DNA of 63,612 nt, counting the filler, from Atractiella rhizophila (taxonomy: Eukaryota): NCBI GenBank assembly GCA_021432655.1. It is 3 parts of 3 records of this genome, joined end to end, with 100 filler letters (N's around TTAATTAATTAA, not from the genome) between each part and the next. Parts side by side here need not be neighbours in the genome. Positions count along the whole stretch, not along the records: positions 1 to 28,649 come from MU271730.1; 2 more parts are not named here. One strand, written 5' to 3'. The notes below the pieces were generated by a model that saw only the letters and a program-made list of their open reading frames with translations, was not told the DNA's origin and searched no databases. Below, piece after piece: positions 1 to 13,274 of the stretch. Numbering within the stretch: position 1 is the first letter of the stretch; each line of letters begins with the position of its first letter. Both the position numbers and the translations under genes were made by a program.

Positions 1-292
1 TATTCAGTGCAAGGCTGACAAGAAAAACCAAAAGATGGAGTGACTGCGAAGAAACTGCGTATCTCACGTGAGGCGGATGGAGTGTCGGTTCTCGGAGCCA
101 TCCCGCATTGTGAAGTTGACCTTCCCTCCTCGGCTGTTGCAGTTGGTTGATCCACCAAGTTCGCGCCGTGTTGTCTCGATAGGCGAGTTCGTGCAAGAAA
201 GGGCCGAGCGAGAGAAACGCCTGTGACAGCATACCCATCAACTTGTATCTCGTCTGGCGCATCAACCTTGCTGAATTTATTAATAACAAGCG

Positions 293-2925
293 ATGCGCCA
301 AAAGCCAGGAACGACTTGCCAGCCGTGTAAAAAGGCTAAACGCAAGTGCATACGCGCAGATGAAGACATAAGTAAAGCGTGTACGAACTGCGTCGAGAAA
401 GGAAGGGAGTGAGTGTTCGCGTTTGAGTTCCAAATTGATGTTCATTGACGACGCGTTTGGGGAAGGTGTGTGCCGCAGGAAATCAAGCCTAGAGAAGTCA
501 AGTTAGGTAAAAGACAGGAGCTAGTTAGGTGTGCTTCTCATTGCTCTTCTTCTGCACACATCGAACAGCAGCGCTGACATGGCTCTGTTCCTGGCGTAGA
601 GAGCTCTTTGGCACGCGAGAAGCGCCATCAGTCAAATCTGCAACACCTTCGACCCCAAGGATTCCAACACCAACGCCGAAGTTGTCCCATGATACCGAGA
701 TGAAGCTCACTGAGAATACTTTGAAAGCGCATTGGACAGCGGAGCTCATTGACCGTGCGTCTCTCGTCCTTTTCGTTCAACTGTGTGTCAATGAGTGCTG
801 ATGAGAGGCTGGGATGAGAGCAGAAGGATTTCGTCCCTCGTTCTCTGTTGGTTTTATTCCGGACTTCAAGCAACGCATGCGAGACTCGGGAACGGATTGG
901 AAGTCAGTTAGCGAATATGCTGGTCCGTACTTTCTCTCGTCATACAAGGCACGCGCTGATAGACAGAGAAGAGATTGTCATGCTGATGTTCATGATTTAC
1001 GGCGCACGCCGAACCTCTAATCCATTCGTCCTGGGCTCTCTAAGACTTTCCAACGAGAACGGCATCTATGCTGACTTCCGTCCCTATGGACGAGCGCGGG
1101 AAGGTCCGTGTCGTAGTCTTCTGTCTAAACTTTTAGACGAATGCTTCGCCAACGAATTTTTGTATAAACCGAGCATTACATCAGTCACGATCCTGCTTGA
1201 TGTCTTCCTTCTCGTCTGGCGGGAGTTTGAACCAGCGTTCTGTAGTGAGACGATCAGGAATAGGAGAGGGGACAAGGAGGATGTGTATGCGGGGGTTAAC
1301 GAAGAGTTAGCGTGGGAATTGAGAAGGTTGCTAGAGAAGGTCAAGAGCGTGAGTTGTGTTGTATTATAGGGAAGCCATGTAAGGCTGACCCTGTTCGGAA
1401 GCACATCGATTTCCATACGTTCGTCAAAGCAGAAGAAACAGAGTGGTCTTTCAAGAGCCCAGTCTACAATTGTGAGCGGAAATTCTGTCAAGAAATATCT
1501 CGCTTTCTGGTATGCCATTACCTCTGTTTCTCACGCAGAGGTTGATCAAATTGAATCTTTGGTAGTGTTGCGATCTTGCGATCTTGCGAATGCAGCGAGC
1601 TTGAACATGGCGCCTCTCATGTTTGTACCCTCCCTATTCTAGCAATCTGGCACCTACAGACGATGGGTTCAGGTCCATATCTGACTATGAAACATACGAC
1701 TTTCCGAGTCTCACAATCAATCGTCGTTCTTACTACTCGCTCTCTTCTCTCATCAACGAGTCTATGGAGGCGTTCGTGAGTCGAGAAGAACAGGACGAGT
1801 TCACTTGGCTGGGGATGTTATGTTTACAGCGCCAAGTGGTTCTAGGAAGCTGTAGTGTGAAAGAGTGGATTGCAGCACGGCGAACATACGATTTCATTCT
1901 CAACTCGCCTATTAAGAAGGAAGATCTTCTTTTTGAAGACGAGCAGAAGAGTTCTATCGATCTGGAACGCGCCAAAGCAAAGTCGCCTGTGCACCTCCTC
2001 AGCTCGTTGCTTACGCGTATGGACTTATATTCCGCGTATCGAAAAACTACGCACTGGGTCGATCTCCCTTCAGGGCAGGTCTGGGGACCTTTCGGGAAGG
2101 AAGATGTCGGCATCACTCGCGATAACCTAGTTCAAAGATCAACGCTCCGATTCACCATTCTTGCGCTGACAGAGGAGGTCTTAGACATTTTAAGAAGTGA
2201 AAGGGAGATGCAGAAGAGTTGGGGACTGAGAGAGGAAGAGATGGAAGCGATTGATGAGGAGATCAGGTTAGCCGAAGGCACCTGGAAAGTCGCGATGGAG
2301 AAGGCCCACGAGCATATTGATGGGCTTTTAGAAACACTCTGCGAGCTAGAATGCCATGTGAGTCCCTTTTTCTTCATATCGACTGCAACGGGATCCTGAA
2401 GAACGGAACAGCCGGTCGACGAACGTTCTATTCGATACTTCGATTGTCTGCGTGAACTCATTCTCGTTCTACAAGAGCTTCCGGGAGGCACGTCGTACCT
2501 GGCACGCTATGTATCTTACGAAACCAAGAGCTACTTGCGAGCTGAGAAAGCGGGCCGTGTGCAGAAGTGTGTTTCACCTTTCTCATACAGCTCTTGGCGT
2601 GCAATCCTCTAACAAACCGATTAGTTTTCTCCGTCTAAACAAGGTGGTTGGCTGGTTCAGCATGTCTTTCGACCGCAACGTTCAGCTTCTAGAGAATGAC
2701 CTTGCTGCTCTATCCCTGAACGGTCCCCCCTCTCCTGGTTTTATGAAGACAGAAGAAGAGAATGATCCTCTAGTTCTGAAGATTGCCCCAGTCCTGAACT
2801 GGGGTGCGAAGAGCGACACCCAAGTCAAATTCAAGCCGGATGTTGCACATATACCAGAAGACACCACTTTCAGGGCACTTAAGATTATTCAGGAAGCTCT
2901 GGCGGATATCGGCAATAATACTTAA
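293..2925 (+). CDS. Zn(II)2Cys6 fungal transcription factor (multi-exon)
   Basis: ATG at 293 gives MRQKPGTT-CQPC-KKAKRK-C-IRADEDISKA-CTNC-VEKGRE-C, with the last Cys after a gtgagt intron. Downstream exons correspond to ORFs 529-801, 848-1369, 1623-2399 and 2452-2925. Shares the motif GRAREGPCR with the genes at 15497 and 20052. Confidence 0.85.
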
Positions 2926-3632
2926 TATGGACATCACTTTCGTCTTATATCGGTCCTTCTCGATTAGTTTATAGGTTGTTTCATAGGTATCTCCGTTTTT
3001 GTGTAGATCATTTCGAGTACTTAGTGCTTTGTTGTTCCATAATCCTTTTTGCATTCCAGAGTGTGTGTGCCTGCTGCTAGTTGCCATGTCGCAGGAAGGC
3101 GCGCGAAGTCGCAACCGCGGAACCCCTATTTTGGTACTCCAGTTTCCAAAATGGGCTCAGCGAGCAGGAATTGTATGCAGTACGAGTAAGAGAAGCGAAC
3201 GCATCCGCCAGGTGAGCACAATGTGAATTCGCCGCATCATCAGTGCAGGAGTAAGCTTTGGCATGTGTTGTTGCTGTCCATGATATTGTTGTTCACGATC
3301 TTGTATTGTAGCATTTCGTTCTCGCTACAAGCTGTGTGAAGTGGATCCTGGGAAATGACTAACAATCTAACAAAGAGCTTCTACTTGATACTGTAGACGT
3401 TGGAGAAGGGTTCCAACCGAACGTTCACAGTGCTTTGGTCCATTGCCCTTTGACGCAACAGGGACCACGCCATGCTATTTATATTACTGTGCTCACCTCT
3501 TGCGCACCTCTTGCATCAGAAATGTTCATACCTTTGTATTAACAAACTCTTTTGACGCAACACTTGCAGGGCATTTATCATCAGCGAGCTTGAAACCACC
3601 CCTGCCTTACCTCTACCTCAGGATTTGCCAGA

Positions 3633-5355
3633 ATGGTCTCCTTCCCTCCACTCAAGAAGCTGCTTCCGAAAGGGAAATCTGTGACAGGAACGCCTCCCAA
3701 CGACGAGGGCGCATCGACTCAGCCTCCACAAGCCGGCGAGGAAGTGGCCGCCCCGCCTTCTGATGCAGTACCTCCAGCTGTTGCTGCCACCGAATTCGAC
3801 TCGAGCCATGGTCCAGTCACGTCTGCTCCTATCAACGACAATACCGGCAATGCCCCTCTAATAACAATTCCAGACGATCCGGAGACATGTGACGAGCATG
3901 CTCACACCATTTCTACCGCTTTGGAGATGTTGGTCCTTCACTCCTCACTTCCCGCCGGCCCCAACGGCAATGGGATATCCTCTTCTCCGTCTGGACCTTC
4001 CGAGCATGAGACCAATGAGATGGAGGAATCCCTCGATCCAATTCTCATGCTATCTCTGCCTCCTTTCTTGCAGAATCACATACCTGCGTTAGAAAACTGG
4101 GCAGCGAAGTCACATTTGGGAAACTACGTTGTCCATGGAAGGGGAGAATTGGTGACTGATTCTGCAGAACGGACTACGGAAGGAGAGAGAAAAGAAGGAG
4201 CCAGGAAGGTTTTCGAAAGTATGCCCATATACGCGAGATTGGGAATGCACCTTCTGTACTACGGTAGAGCGGAAACACGGTTCGTGCTATCCTGCCCAGA
4301 ATGAGCAAAGAGATTTAATGCGGATTTGAAGTACAGACTACTGCACTACACCGCTATCGAAGACCTCCTCAAAAGTCAGACAGAAAGAATGGGACGTATC
4401 TATGACTCCAAGAAAGACGTTTTAAAGAAGATAAGAAGCTTCGTGAAGACATATGAGTTAGAGGAGTCCCTCAAAGAGCTTTTGATCGAGGATCTCAATG
4501 AGTACCCAGTCTGTCTCGCCTTGTTGTTCATTCTGCGACGTCTAATTCACAGCTGAACAGACGTTCAACTCTTTCTTTTATAGGAAATTAAAGGTGGACG
4601 CGAGACCTGTATTGAATGCTTCGGATCAGTTGAGCATATGCTCTGCTGCAGATTGTCGGTTGGCGGTTTACGAAAGCGTTAGCGACGCCAAGGAATTCTG
4701 GATCAAGGTGTGTTTCTCTCGCTCCTCATTATGCCCTGGATGAGGCATTCATTCATTTGGCATAAGGGACGACGATTTACAATTCCCCATTTGCTCGGCG
4801 ACAAAGCATACAAATCACTCAAGAGTTCCTCCTCTTACAATGAAGCTGCAGTCGCGATCTTCCGCCTGGCTCCACAAGATTATCACCGGTTCCACTCCCC
4901 AGTCGATGGTAAAATCGGTCGGCGCTGGAAGATCGAAGGAACTTATTACACTGTCAATCCACAAGCCGTGAACCAGGATTTTAACGTCTTCACTGAGAAC
5001 CGGAGGGACGTGCTTCTGCTCGAGTGCGACGTGGACGGAAAGAAGCGGACTGTAGCTTATGTCGCTATCGGTTTGTTCATTTCTACCCTGTCCAGGGTAG
5101 GAGAATGATGAGGAATCTCTAATAGGCGCGATGTTGGTGGGAAGCGTGGGATGGACACACCCTAAGCTCAGCGAGGCCGTTAAGAGAGGCGACGAGCTTG
5201 GATATTTCGCCTATGGAGGTTCGACAATCGTGGCCGTCTTCCCGAGGGATCTGGTGCATTGGGATGCGGATTTGAAGAAGAATTCGAAAGATGGTCTAGA
5301 GACACTCGTCAAAGTTGGGGAGAGCATTGGACATTGGTGCCATGATCCTAAGTGA
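3633..5355 (+). CDS. Phosphatidylserine decarboxylase proenzyme (Psd2-type catalytic domain, no C2 domains seen)
   Basis: Contains FRLAPQDYHRFHSPVDG, TFNSFFYRKLK and GYFAYGGST (autocleavage motif); four canonical introns. Confidence 0.93.
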
Positions 5356-5515
5356 CAGAAAGATTTTTAGGTCCATATATTTGATTTCGGAGTCTTCTGC
5401 ATGTTCTTGTCGTCATTCCATCCTATTGTGTTAATGTTCCACATTTTCAAGGTGTTCCAAGGCCCAAGGGTAAATCGGCGGAGAGTAAATTATCATCCAA
5501 ATAAGCTGTCGGTCT

Positions 5516-6883
5516 CTATGCTTCATTCTTCTCTTCTCTGCCATCGACGATGCACAGTTCAAAGGCACGGCCATGGATAAAATACATAACTCCATTGGTT
5601 GTCACTTGCGATGACCTGACGCTGTGGTGTAAGGAGATGCGCGGAAAGGGCTCGAATTCCCAATCTGCAAAGAACGGCCTGATCTCAATGTATTGTTTTG
5701 ATATTTGCCAATCCCGTTTCTCCATAATCACAGCGATATATTGCGACACAGCGTCGGGGGTTGCACAGCTGCAGTAGTAGAGGTAGAGTCGAGATAAAGA
5801 CTCTCTTTGCGCGAAAATTAACAAGGTTTTCAAGGAAATAAAGCATGAATTATCGTGTCCGCCATCGAGAGACACCGTTGTGAGGGCGGGAAAATGTGTG
5901 GTTGAACTGAAAGGGTACTCTAAATCGACAGGGAATGTTGACATCAAATATTCCTCCCAGGGCACAATCGGAATGTTCTCAAAATTCATGGTGAGAGCGG
6001 TCAGGATTCCGTTTCGAAAGCGCCAGAGGAAGCTCGCAAACTCCGCAGGTGTCAACAGAGGTGAGAAAGACGAGAACTCCAGGACGCGGAGAAAATTCAT
6101 CGGACCAATTGAGCCCAAATCCATTCTAGACAGATTGCATCGAGTGAGGTGCAGAAAGGACAGATTTGTACGCGAGACGTTCGAGAGGTTGGGCCGGTCA
6201 TCTTGAAGAGAATCTAGTCCTACAATTTTCAAAGAAACGAATCCCGCCACGGCAGAAAAAATATGGGCTAGGGAAATAGAGTCTCGATGCTTCCCTGGAG
6301 AAAACTCGAGGGTAAGGTCGATGTATGGCGCATTTATCCCAACCTTCTGGCTGAGCAGATCTACACACGCATTAAGTCTGAGTGATGGCCATGGTAAATT
6401 GATCATAGAAAGGCTTCGAGGCTGAGGAGGGCCTGGTGGTAGAATACTCTCCAGAAGAGCTCCCCAAGATTCTCGGCTGGTAGGGTGAGGACGGCCCACG
6501 ACCCGGGACGAGATGTAAAAATGATGGGTTCTGCTCATGTTCCATATGTACGGCTCTCGGATTCCAGATTGCCAGCCTTCGAATTGGGTCCGCAAGATAT
6601 CAAGGGCAGCCCTTGCCCAAACTACGCAGGTACTCCTCAATTTGGTGATCTGGTCGACGAATTGAGAGGGGAATTCCTGGTGCTCCTTGATAGATGGCAT
6701 ACACAGTCGAAATATTTGCAGCAAAACTTCGGTAGGTAACATCCCGATCGAACATGTCTGAGGAACTCGTCTAATATCGCCAGACTGATTCCCCGCCAGC
6801 GAGACGTAGATGGGTTCACCCGTTCCATGAGGATCTGGAGTCTGTATAAACAAGGCGCAAAAATGAATTCAGTAGCATACCAT
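5516..6883 (-). CDS. F-box/LRR-like protein
   Basis: F-box start LPTEVLLQIFRLC followed by LxxLxLxxC-type repeats. The probable ATG at 6883 is joined by a 39-nt gtatgc..tacag intron to one long exon. Confidence 0.75.
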
Positions 6884-7240
6884 CGCTCACTTCAACATTA
6901 TCATGAGTAGTATTTGCCAAAAGCAACTGAGACCGTCTTAGCTGTAACCTGCGTTGTTGTCGGAAATGTATGCTCGGTTTACTGACTGGAAGCGTGTTGC
7001 TGAAGTCAGTGCTGTCAAAGAGCGTCCCTTGCATTTTGAGGATGAAGCTGAAGATCGCAAGACCCTAGAATAATGGCTCAGAAACATGCTCTACAGGGTT
7101 AACCAGATTTCATCGGAAGATGCAAACTCGGACACCAAACTTATGACACAGCTCAAAGAATTCCTGAAATTCCCATGGTTATTTATTAAGCCCCGCGGGA
7201 TCGAATAATTTATATACAAGAACCAATAATGGGTTTCGTT

Positions 7241-8560
7241 CTACAGATGCTCCGTTTCGCATACATCAATAACTCGAAGTTCAACAGACTCCCCGTGATA
7301 GACGTAAACGCACTCATCCCCATCTTCGCGTTCTCTTTCGAAAGGAATTCTGTGTTGAAGGATTAAACTATCGAAATCCCAGTCTCCGATGAAAGGTTTG
7401 ATCTCAAATAGTTGTTTACGATATTGGGGGTTCCGAATGTTGGAAAACTCGCCAAAACACACGGAAATTGCGTCAGGTGTCGTGCAATTGCAGTAATGAA
7501 TGCGAACTTGGGTGACTGAAGCGAGTGAGTGAAGTGCAGAAAGAATGGGGAGGTCAATGAACGACGAGTTTTCATGTCCGCCATCCAGCATAACTCGTCT
7601 CAGGACGCTGAAGTTGTGAGCTGGAGTAAAAAGGTCCTCTGATGGAAGAGAGAATACCATCGTCAAGTATTGTTCCAGGGACGCCAACAGAGGTATCCTA
7701 AAAGCTAAAACAAGTGTGTCAAGGCTATTCCAAAAGCCGGAGAGGAGGTCGCAAAGTTCGGGAGGAGTGATCGTGCCCGAAAACGATGAAAATTCCAGAT
7801 GCCGAAGGTTCTTGATAGTGCGAATAGAGGAGAGATCTCGTCCAGTCAAGTGACAATTCGTTAGAAAGAGGAAAGACAAGTTTATTTCACGATATTTTTC
7901 ATTGACAATCGTTGCTGAAGAATGAAGCCCCGAAATGGAGAGCGATGCAAATCCGTCGACAGCGTATAAGATTTGTGGAAGCGAGGTAGGGCAAGCATTT
8001 TTGTGACCAAATTCGAGAGTAAGATCAATATATGATGCCTTTAATCCTGTGCTTGCCTTCAACGTGATCAAGCTTGTGTCAAGGTCTAAAGAGGACCAGG
8101 GTAACCTGATGAGCCTGATCCTCCTAAACTGAAGATCTATTCGTAGGAAGTGACTTAGAAACATTTCCCAGTCATATTGACTGGCTGGAGGACTGTGGCC
8201 AACAACTGTCTCGGAGAAATGAGAACCGTAACTGTTGCCTATGGTCCATATATGTGGATGATGAACCCTGGAGCGTCTACTTTCGGACTGTTGTCGTAAA
8301 AGGTAAGTCGAGAGTGTAGACCAATACGCACAAGTTTGTCTTAACTTGACGATCTGACCAACAAATTCCAACAAGTCCTCTCGCTCTCTGATAGTTGGTA
8401 AACACAGATGAAAGATTTCTAACAAAATTTCTTCTGGCAACCTAGCTATGGGAGAAGTCTGCGAAGGTCGTCTAAATCTGTCGTCGATACCTTCTACGCG
8501 AGAGAATGTGGCGATCAAAGAGTGAAAGTAACGTTGAAATCGGGCGAATCTACGACGCAT
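7241..8560 (-). CDS. F-box/LRR-like protein, intronless tandem paralog of 5516-6883
   Basis: F-box start LPEEILLEIFHLC; colinear with its neighbour (YIDLTLEF, LEFSSFS, LDGGH, EI.PF..DW.F). Confidence 0.8.
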   Translation of the reverse strand: MRRRFARFQRYFHSLIATFSRVEGIDDRFRRPSQTSPIARLPEEILLEIFHLCLPTIREREDLLEFVGQIVKLRQTCAYWSTLSTYLLRQQSESRRSRVHHPHIWTIGNSYGSHFSETVVGHSPPASQYDWEMFLSHFLRIDLQFRRIRLIRLPWSSLDLDTSLITLKASTGLKASYIDLTLEFGHKNACPTSLPQILYAVDGFASLSISGLHSSATIVNEKYREINLSFLFLTNCHLTGRDLSSIRTIKNLRHLEFSSFSGTITPPELCDLLSGFWNSLDTLVLAFRIPLLASLEQYLTMVFSLPSEDLFTPAHNFSVLRRVMLDGGHENSSFIDLPILSALHSLASVTQVRIHYCNCTTPDAISVCFGEFSNIRNPQYRKQLFEIKPFIGDWDFDSLILQHRIPFEREREDGDECVYVYHGESVELRVIDVCETEHL

Positions 8561-9302
8561 TATGGGCGAAGGTATTATTACATAAGTGTGACCTCCCGTC
8601 CTGATAAAATAGACGGGGCGCTGCTTCGTCCTGGGAGATAAAGGCTTCCAGGCTCTGTGAGTAACTTCAATACCCGAGAGTAAGGTAGGATGCGCATATC
8701 AAGGCGGAACACAAACTCGAATAAATTGAATTACCATGAGTTATGATGGAAAGCACTCTTATTCTTTTTCGAAGAAACCGGCATGTACCACGAAGTGTAG
8801 ACAAGTGTCTATGAAAGAACCATACACACATAGGTCGATGAAATCAGAAAGATGCCTGACCCGAGATCTGAAGAATCGTGGTGAAAAGATTGGTAAAAGG
8901 TTTGCCTCAACTGAAGATCCAGAATCATGCCAGCTTCTCAACGTTCAATTCTTAAAATACTCTCCACCAGCACCAGAGAGCTTTATTGATAGATAGCCTC
9001 CACCGACAAGAGAAACAGAGATTGTAACTCACCAGAGATTACTGATAACTGATAGACACAATAAACTATCTTGACAACTGCTCGTATAAGTACGGATGTA
9101 GATGCAAGCAACTCCCAAACTAGACGAATACTAAGTTCTGGTGATGGGTGAATAATATCTCGCACAAGAAGAACAGTAAAGGAGTGGCACAGGTCACAGT
9201 ACAAACCTAAACGGACAAACACAGACGCGTTCACGTGAGCTGGTGAGTCGCCATCAGAAAGGTACAAAAACGACGACGATATCTCGTCTTCTGAATGCAA
9301 TC

Positions 9303-11389
9303 ATGTCTGCAACAGTATGTACTTTACCCTTCGCTCTGGGAGTGACAGTCCTGACATTTGCGGTGGCGGGAAAGAACCCGATCCTGGAGGCGAAAGTGGA
9401 CGTTCGAAAGCGAGGAATCGAGCTGCAATCTTTTGGAGCTTGGTGCCCCTATTTCCAGAAACAGATTTTGAGGATGGGACAGAGGGTGTTCAATATCACG
9501 AAAGATGTGGCAAAGGCGGAGGATAACTTGGAGAAGCTAAACAATCTTCGGTTGTATGTCTCGCCACTCTCCTTGTTGCCTTTCCGATGAACCGACTCTG
9601 ACCTTCGAATATGAATTTTTGTGGGTTTGGATGTGTAATAGCACCCTGACTAGCTTATCCAACTTTGTCAAAAGTCTCAAGGAAACGACGGCAACCACAT
9701 TCTACTGCCGTCAATCCATTCGTTCGTCTCTTTCTTATCCTCTTCTTTCTCCTTCTGATCTCATTCATCTAGTCCGGAAAGATCTTATGGTCTACAATGC
9801 GCGCCTTCAAGACCATGCACAGAAGTTAGGCGTGTTGGGGGTGGTGGACGTGGCGACTCAGAACCTACAACAAGTGCAAGATGCTGAGGACGCCCAAATC
9901 GATGAACGAAAGATTGTGGCGTATGTATGTGCAAATCCAGGAGCAGTCAGGGCTGAACTAGGAACGTATAATCGTGCTCGGTACCTATTCATTTTTGTAA
10001 AGATGGTGGACCTGACACTGACGTGGATTGTGGCTGAAGCGCAAGAGAGGCGCTCTCGACCCTCCTCGTCAGACAGAATAGCAACAATCAATCTGAGGCA
10101 TTGGTCTTGATGGATTGTATCAGAATCTTGCGAAACATCGTTGGTAGTTCTCCAGATGTCGCGTTGGAGGTACGCATTCTCCGTATTCTCTCCCATAATT
10201 TACCTTTCTCAAATGGACGGATGACGCAGCACGACTTTCCAGCCCCTCCTGAGAAGAAATCACCCAAACCCCCAATTGCCTCTCCGTACCAACGCACACG
10301 GTTCGTCACCCTCCTTTCAACATGATATGGCGACCTAATTGTTTTGCTTTCAACGATGGGCACAGACACGTCTCCTTCGATTCCATCCCGCAGATCCTTC
10401 CCATCGGTGGCCCATCAGTCAAGATCCCCGTTCCGCCGACCCCTTCTACACCACTAAAATCCCCTCCCTCACAAGCCGTGTCCCCACTTTCCCCTCGAAT
10501 GCCTCTGCGTGAGGGTAGTGGCATCTTCATCTGCCTGCGCTACCAAAACGCAATGGGGATACATGAAACCTTTGAGCCTTTCGGTCACCGATGGGGATGG
10601 AGCGACCCTGTTGTCGTCACAGAAGCGTCCGGGGTACACGACTTTGTCATACAAACTGGAAGTCTGTTGCGAGTCCTTCGGCCGCACAGGAATTGGAATT
10701 CTGCTCTCGATCACGCCAAGAGCTTAGGGCTAATAGATAAATCCAAACTGCTCTTCCTCCCTGGAAAACTGAACGCAGAGGTGCTCGTCTTGGCTCTATT
10801 CAGAATCAGGGGGATCAATTGGGCAGCCGGCGTGGAAGGCGGGAGGCCAGGGCTGATTCCCCTTGAATGCTTGGGACCGGAGACGTCGCGGGCGTCTGCA
10901 GGGCAGGCAAAGATCGTTAGCAAGCCCCTGCACGAACATGCGAGATCTTTTCTGGCTTCGAGAGTCGTGGGCAAAGGAGGGACTGTGGGAAGACCCGTGA
11001 AGGGGGTTGTGGGACCCAGGTTCTTGAGTTACTTCGATAGCGAAATTGAGGATCCGATTGGATTCTTCGTATGTCCCTCCTCTTTTTTCGAGCGAAGACG
11101 GTCACTGATGATGATACATTGCAAGCATCATCTAAATGAACTGAAGATCAGAAAGGGGATGAAGGATCAGATATCAGTTGAAGGTGTTGGGGTCTTCTAC
11201 AACGTTCCAACCGTTATGTATGTCTTCCCATTCTACACTATCCAAACAACGCGACTTGTCCTTATTTCGCCATTCTGCAGCTTCATCGAAAGTGGGGTTA
11301 TCCACGAACTGCTCTTTGAGGACGTTCAGCGCCAAACGGGTTTCTATGACGATATCAGACGGATGCAACTCCGAGGAAAATGGGTCTAA
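9303..11389 (+). CDS. Hypothetical multi-exon protein with helical N-terminus and a divergent SH3-like segment
   Basis: ORFs 9243-9590, 9556-10110, 10101-10325 and 10322-11389 can be joined at GT-AG sites. The segment LRVLRPH..LLFLPG..VLVL..NWAAG..GRPGLIPLECL resembles SH3. Start is uncertain. Confidence 0.5.
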
Positions 11390-11760
11390 TCAAGTCGTGT
11401 GGGCATGAAGACATGAAAGGTGCGTTTTCCCTCTCTCTACGATATAATCATACTTAGGAAGCGAGAAAGCAGGCGTAAAATTATATGTACATTATGAAAC
11501 GGATCATTAGAGAGAAGTGTGGGTAGCAGTTTCCAAGGGAACAAGACAACAATATTTAGTTCAAGAATACAAAGACCAAGATGTGATGTTAACTATGCTT
11601 TGTTTATTTGTTTCATCAGGTTAAGGAGCAAGTTCTTTTTCGTGTTTCTTCAACCCGTTCTGTTCGTTAGCTCGTTTTGATTTCGGATGTGCAGCAAATG
11701 AAATCGTGGTTTGTTTCGTCTTACTCCGCACTGAAAGGATGCCTGAATTCGAAAATGGGT

Positions 11761-12812
11761 TCAACCAAGCTTCATTCTTTTTGCACGACTCCGCTCAATC
11801 ATCTCCTCCGTCTCCCGTTCATTCGCGCTGTCCTCTCCCTCACTCTCACTCTTATCGTCACTCTCTTCCTCCTCCCTATCGCGGCTTTTCCTCCCTAAAC
11901 CACCTCTGACCAACCTATCCGCAACCTCATTTTTAGCGCCAGAGCCAGTGCCTAAAACAGGTTTCCTGAATGCAGCTGACCCGAATTTCTCGTTCGATGC
12001 GGTCTTCAAAGAATTCACGGTATTCGAGTTCAAGTCTTCCTCTCCTGGCAAGGACTGAATCTTCGATCCAGCGCCACTATTCTTTTTCCGCTTCTTCTTT
12101 GGGATATCCGCGCCTCGAGCAAGCACCTGGACGGGGATCTTGCTGTTAGGGGCAGAGCGGAGGTAGAAAGATGAGGATGAAGGATCCGTTTGCTTGTTAG
12201 TTGCTGATGTGCTTGTCTCCTCTGCCGGTGTCATTGATGCGCCGAATTTTTGGCGGCCGACAACATCGATACTTGCACCAGTGGATATGGAGGAGATCGA
12301 TGGGAACAAAAGCGATGATGATTCATTTATGAACATCCTTTGGGGACGCCTAGAAGCACAACAGGATCAGTTCAATGCTTCACCGTAGTCATGATCATAG
12401 TGAGGAGGAAATGATAGATATTCAGACAACATACTCTACATCCTTCAGAAGAAGTTCTGTTAATGTGGATAAAAAAAATGTAAAAGAAGTCATCATAATC
12501 TGTGTTTTCCCCAGAGCTTATCAAAAGAAACAGAGATGCTAACCTAGTTTCTCTCTGGACGCTTTCAGCGAAAGCACTCGGCTCAAAGTCCAATTTCGAG
12601 CTCGCAGCATCAACGAGTCCACTTTCTCCTTTCAAATTCTTCGGCAGCTCAACAGCGCTCTTTCTCAAAGGCTGGGGAGCCGTAGAAGTAGAAGGGATAG
12701 TCGTGGAACTCGCAGACGCTTGAACTGAAGCTGACGTTCGAGCTTGCGCCGCCTTCGCTGCTGCCCGCTGCATAAACTTCAATCCTTTCGTAGATTTCGA
12801 GATTTCGCCCAT
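11761..12812 (-). CDS. MPP6: M-phase phosphoprotein 6-like exosome cofactor
   Basis: N-terminal ISKSTKGLKFMQR and internal VGRQKFG motifs typical of MPP6; basic/acidic low-complexity tail. Confidence 0.65.
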
Positions 12813-12876
12813 TTTGACACTGCGTAGAAAGATATTGGTGTGTCAGGTGGAGGAGGAGGAAAGAAAAATATAGCAG

Positions 12877-12888
12877 CCCTAACCCTAA
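12877..12888 (+). promoter_or_regulatory. Telomeric dimer CCCTAACCCTAA 65 bp upstream of MPP6 (telobox/Tbf1-like site candidate)
   Basis: Exact (CCCTAA)2 in a divergent intergenic region. Confidence 0.3.
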
Positions 12889-13274
12889 AATTGGTCCCAA
12901 CAGCTTCAACAAGAACAGAGCTTCAGCGGAGGGAAGGAAGTGGAAGCAGCGGAGTTGTGATAAAGAATGCCGTGTTAGCTCTGGATTGTGACAGGGAACT
13001 CGGTGGTGCATTTTAGGTGAGATTCAACTTGTTGGATTGGGTGGAAGATATGGTTGATATGCCCTGCGGACGCGTTGAAGCCTGATAGCTTGTACCAGCT
13101 TGAACAATAATCAAAACAATACCATTGATCTGCCATTTACGTATGAGGACTCGCGACGTACTTTGCCTTAACTTTCTTGTTTCGTGAGCCCTTGTTCAAA
13201 GGGTGTCCTTGTCCCTGGACGCGGATCGTTGAGCCTAAAGTTGTAACAAAGAAGAGCTTCATCCTTTATCTGCA

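Noticed and set aside
1..108. Possible first exon of a minus-strand gene (MRDGSENRHSIRL then gtgaga)
   Set aside because: It is too short and cut by the window edge to support a call.
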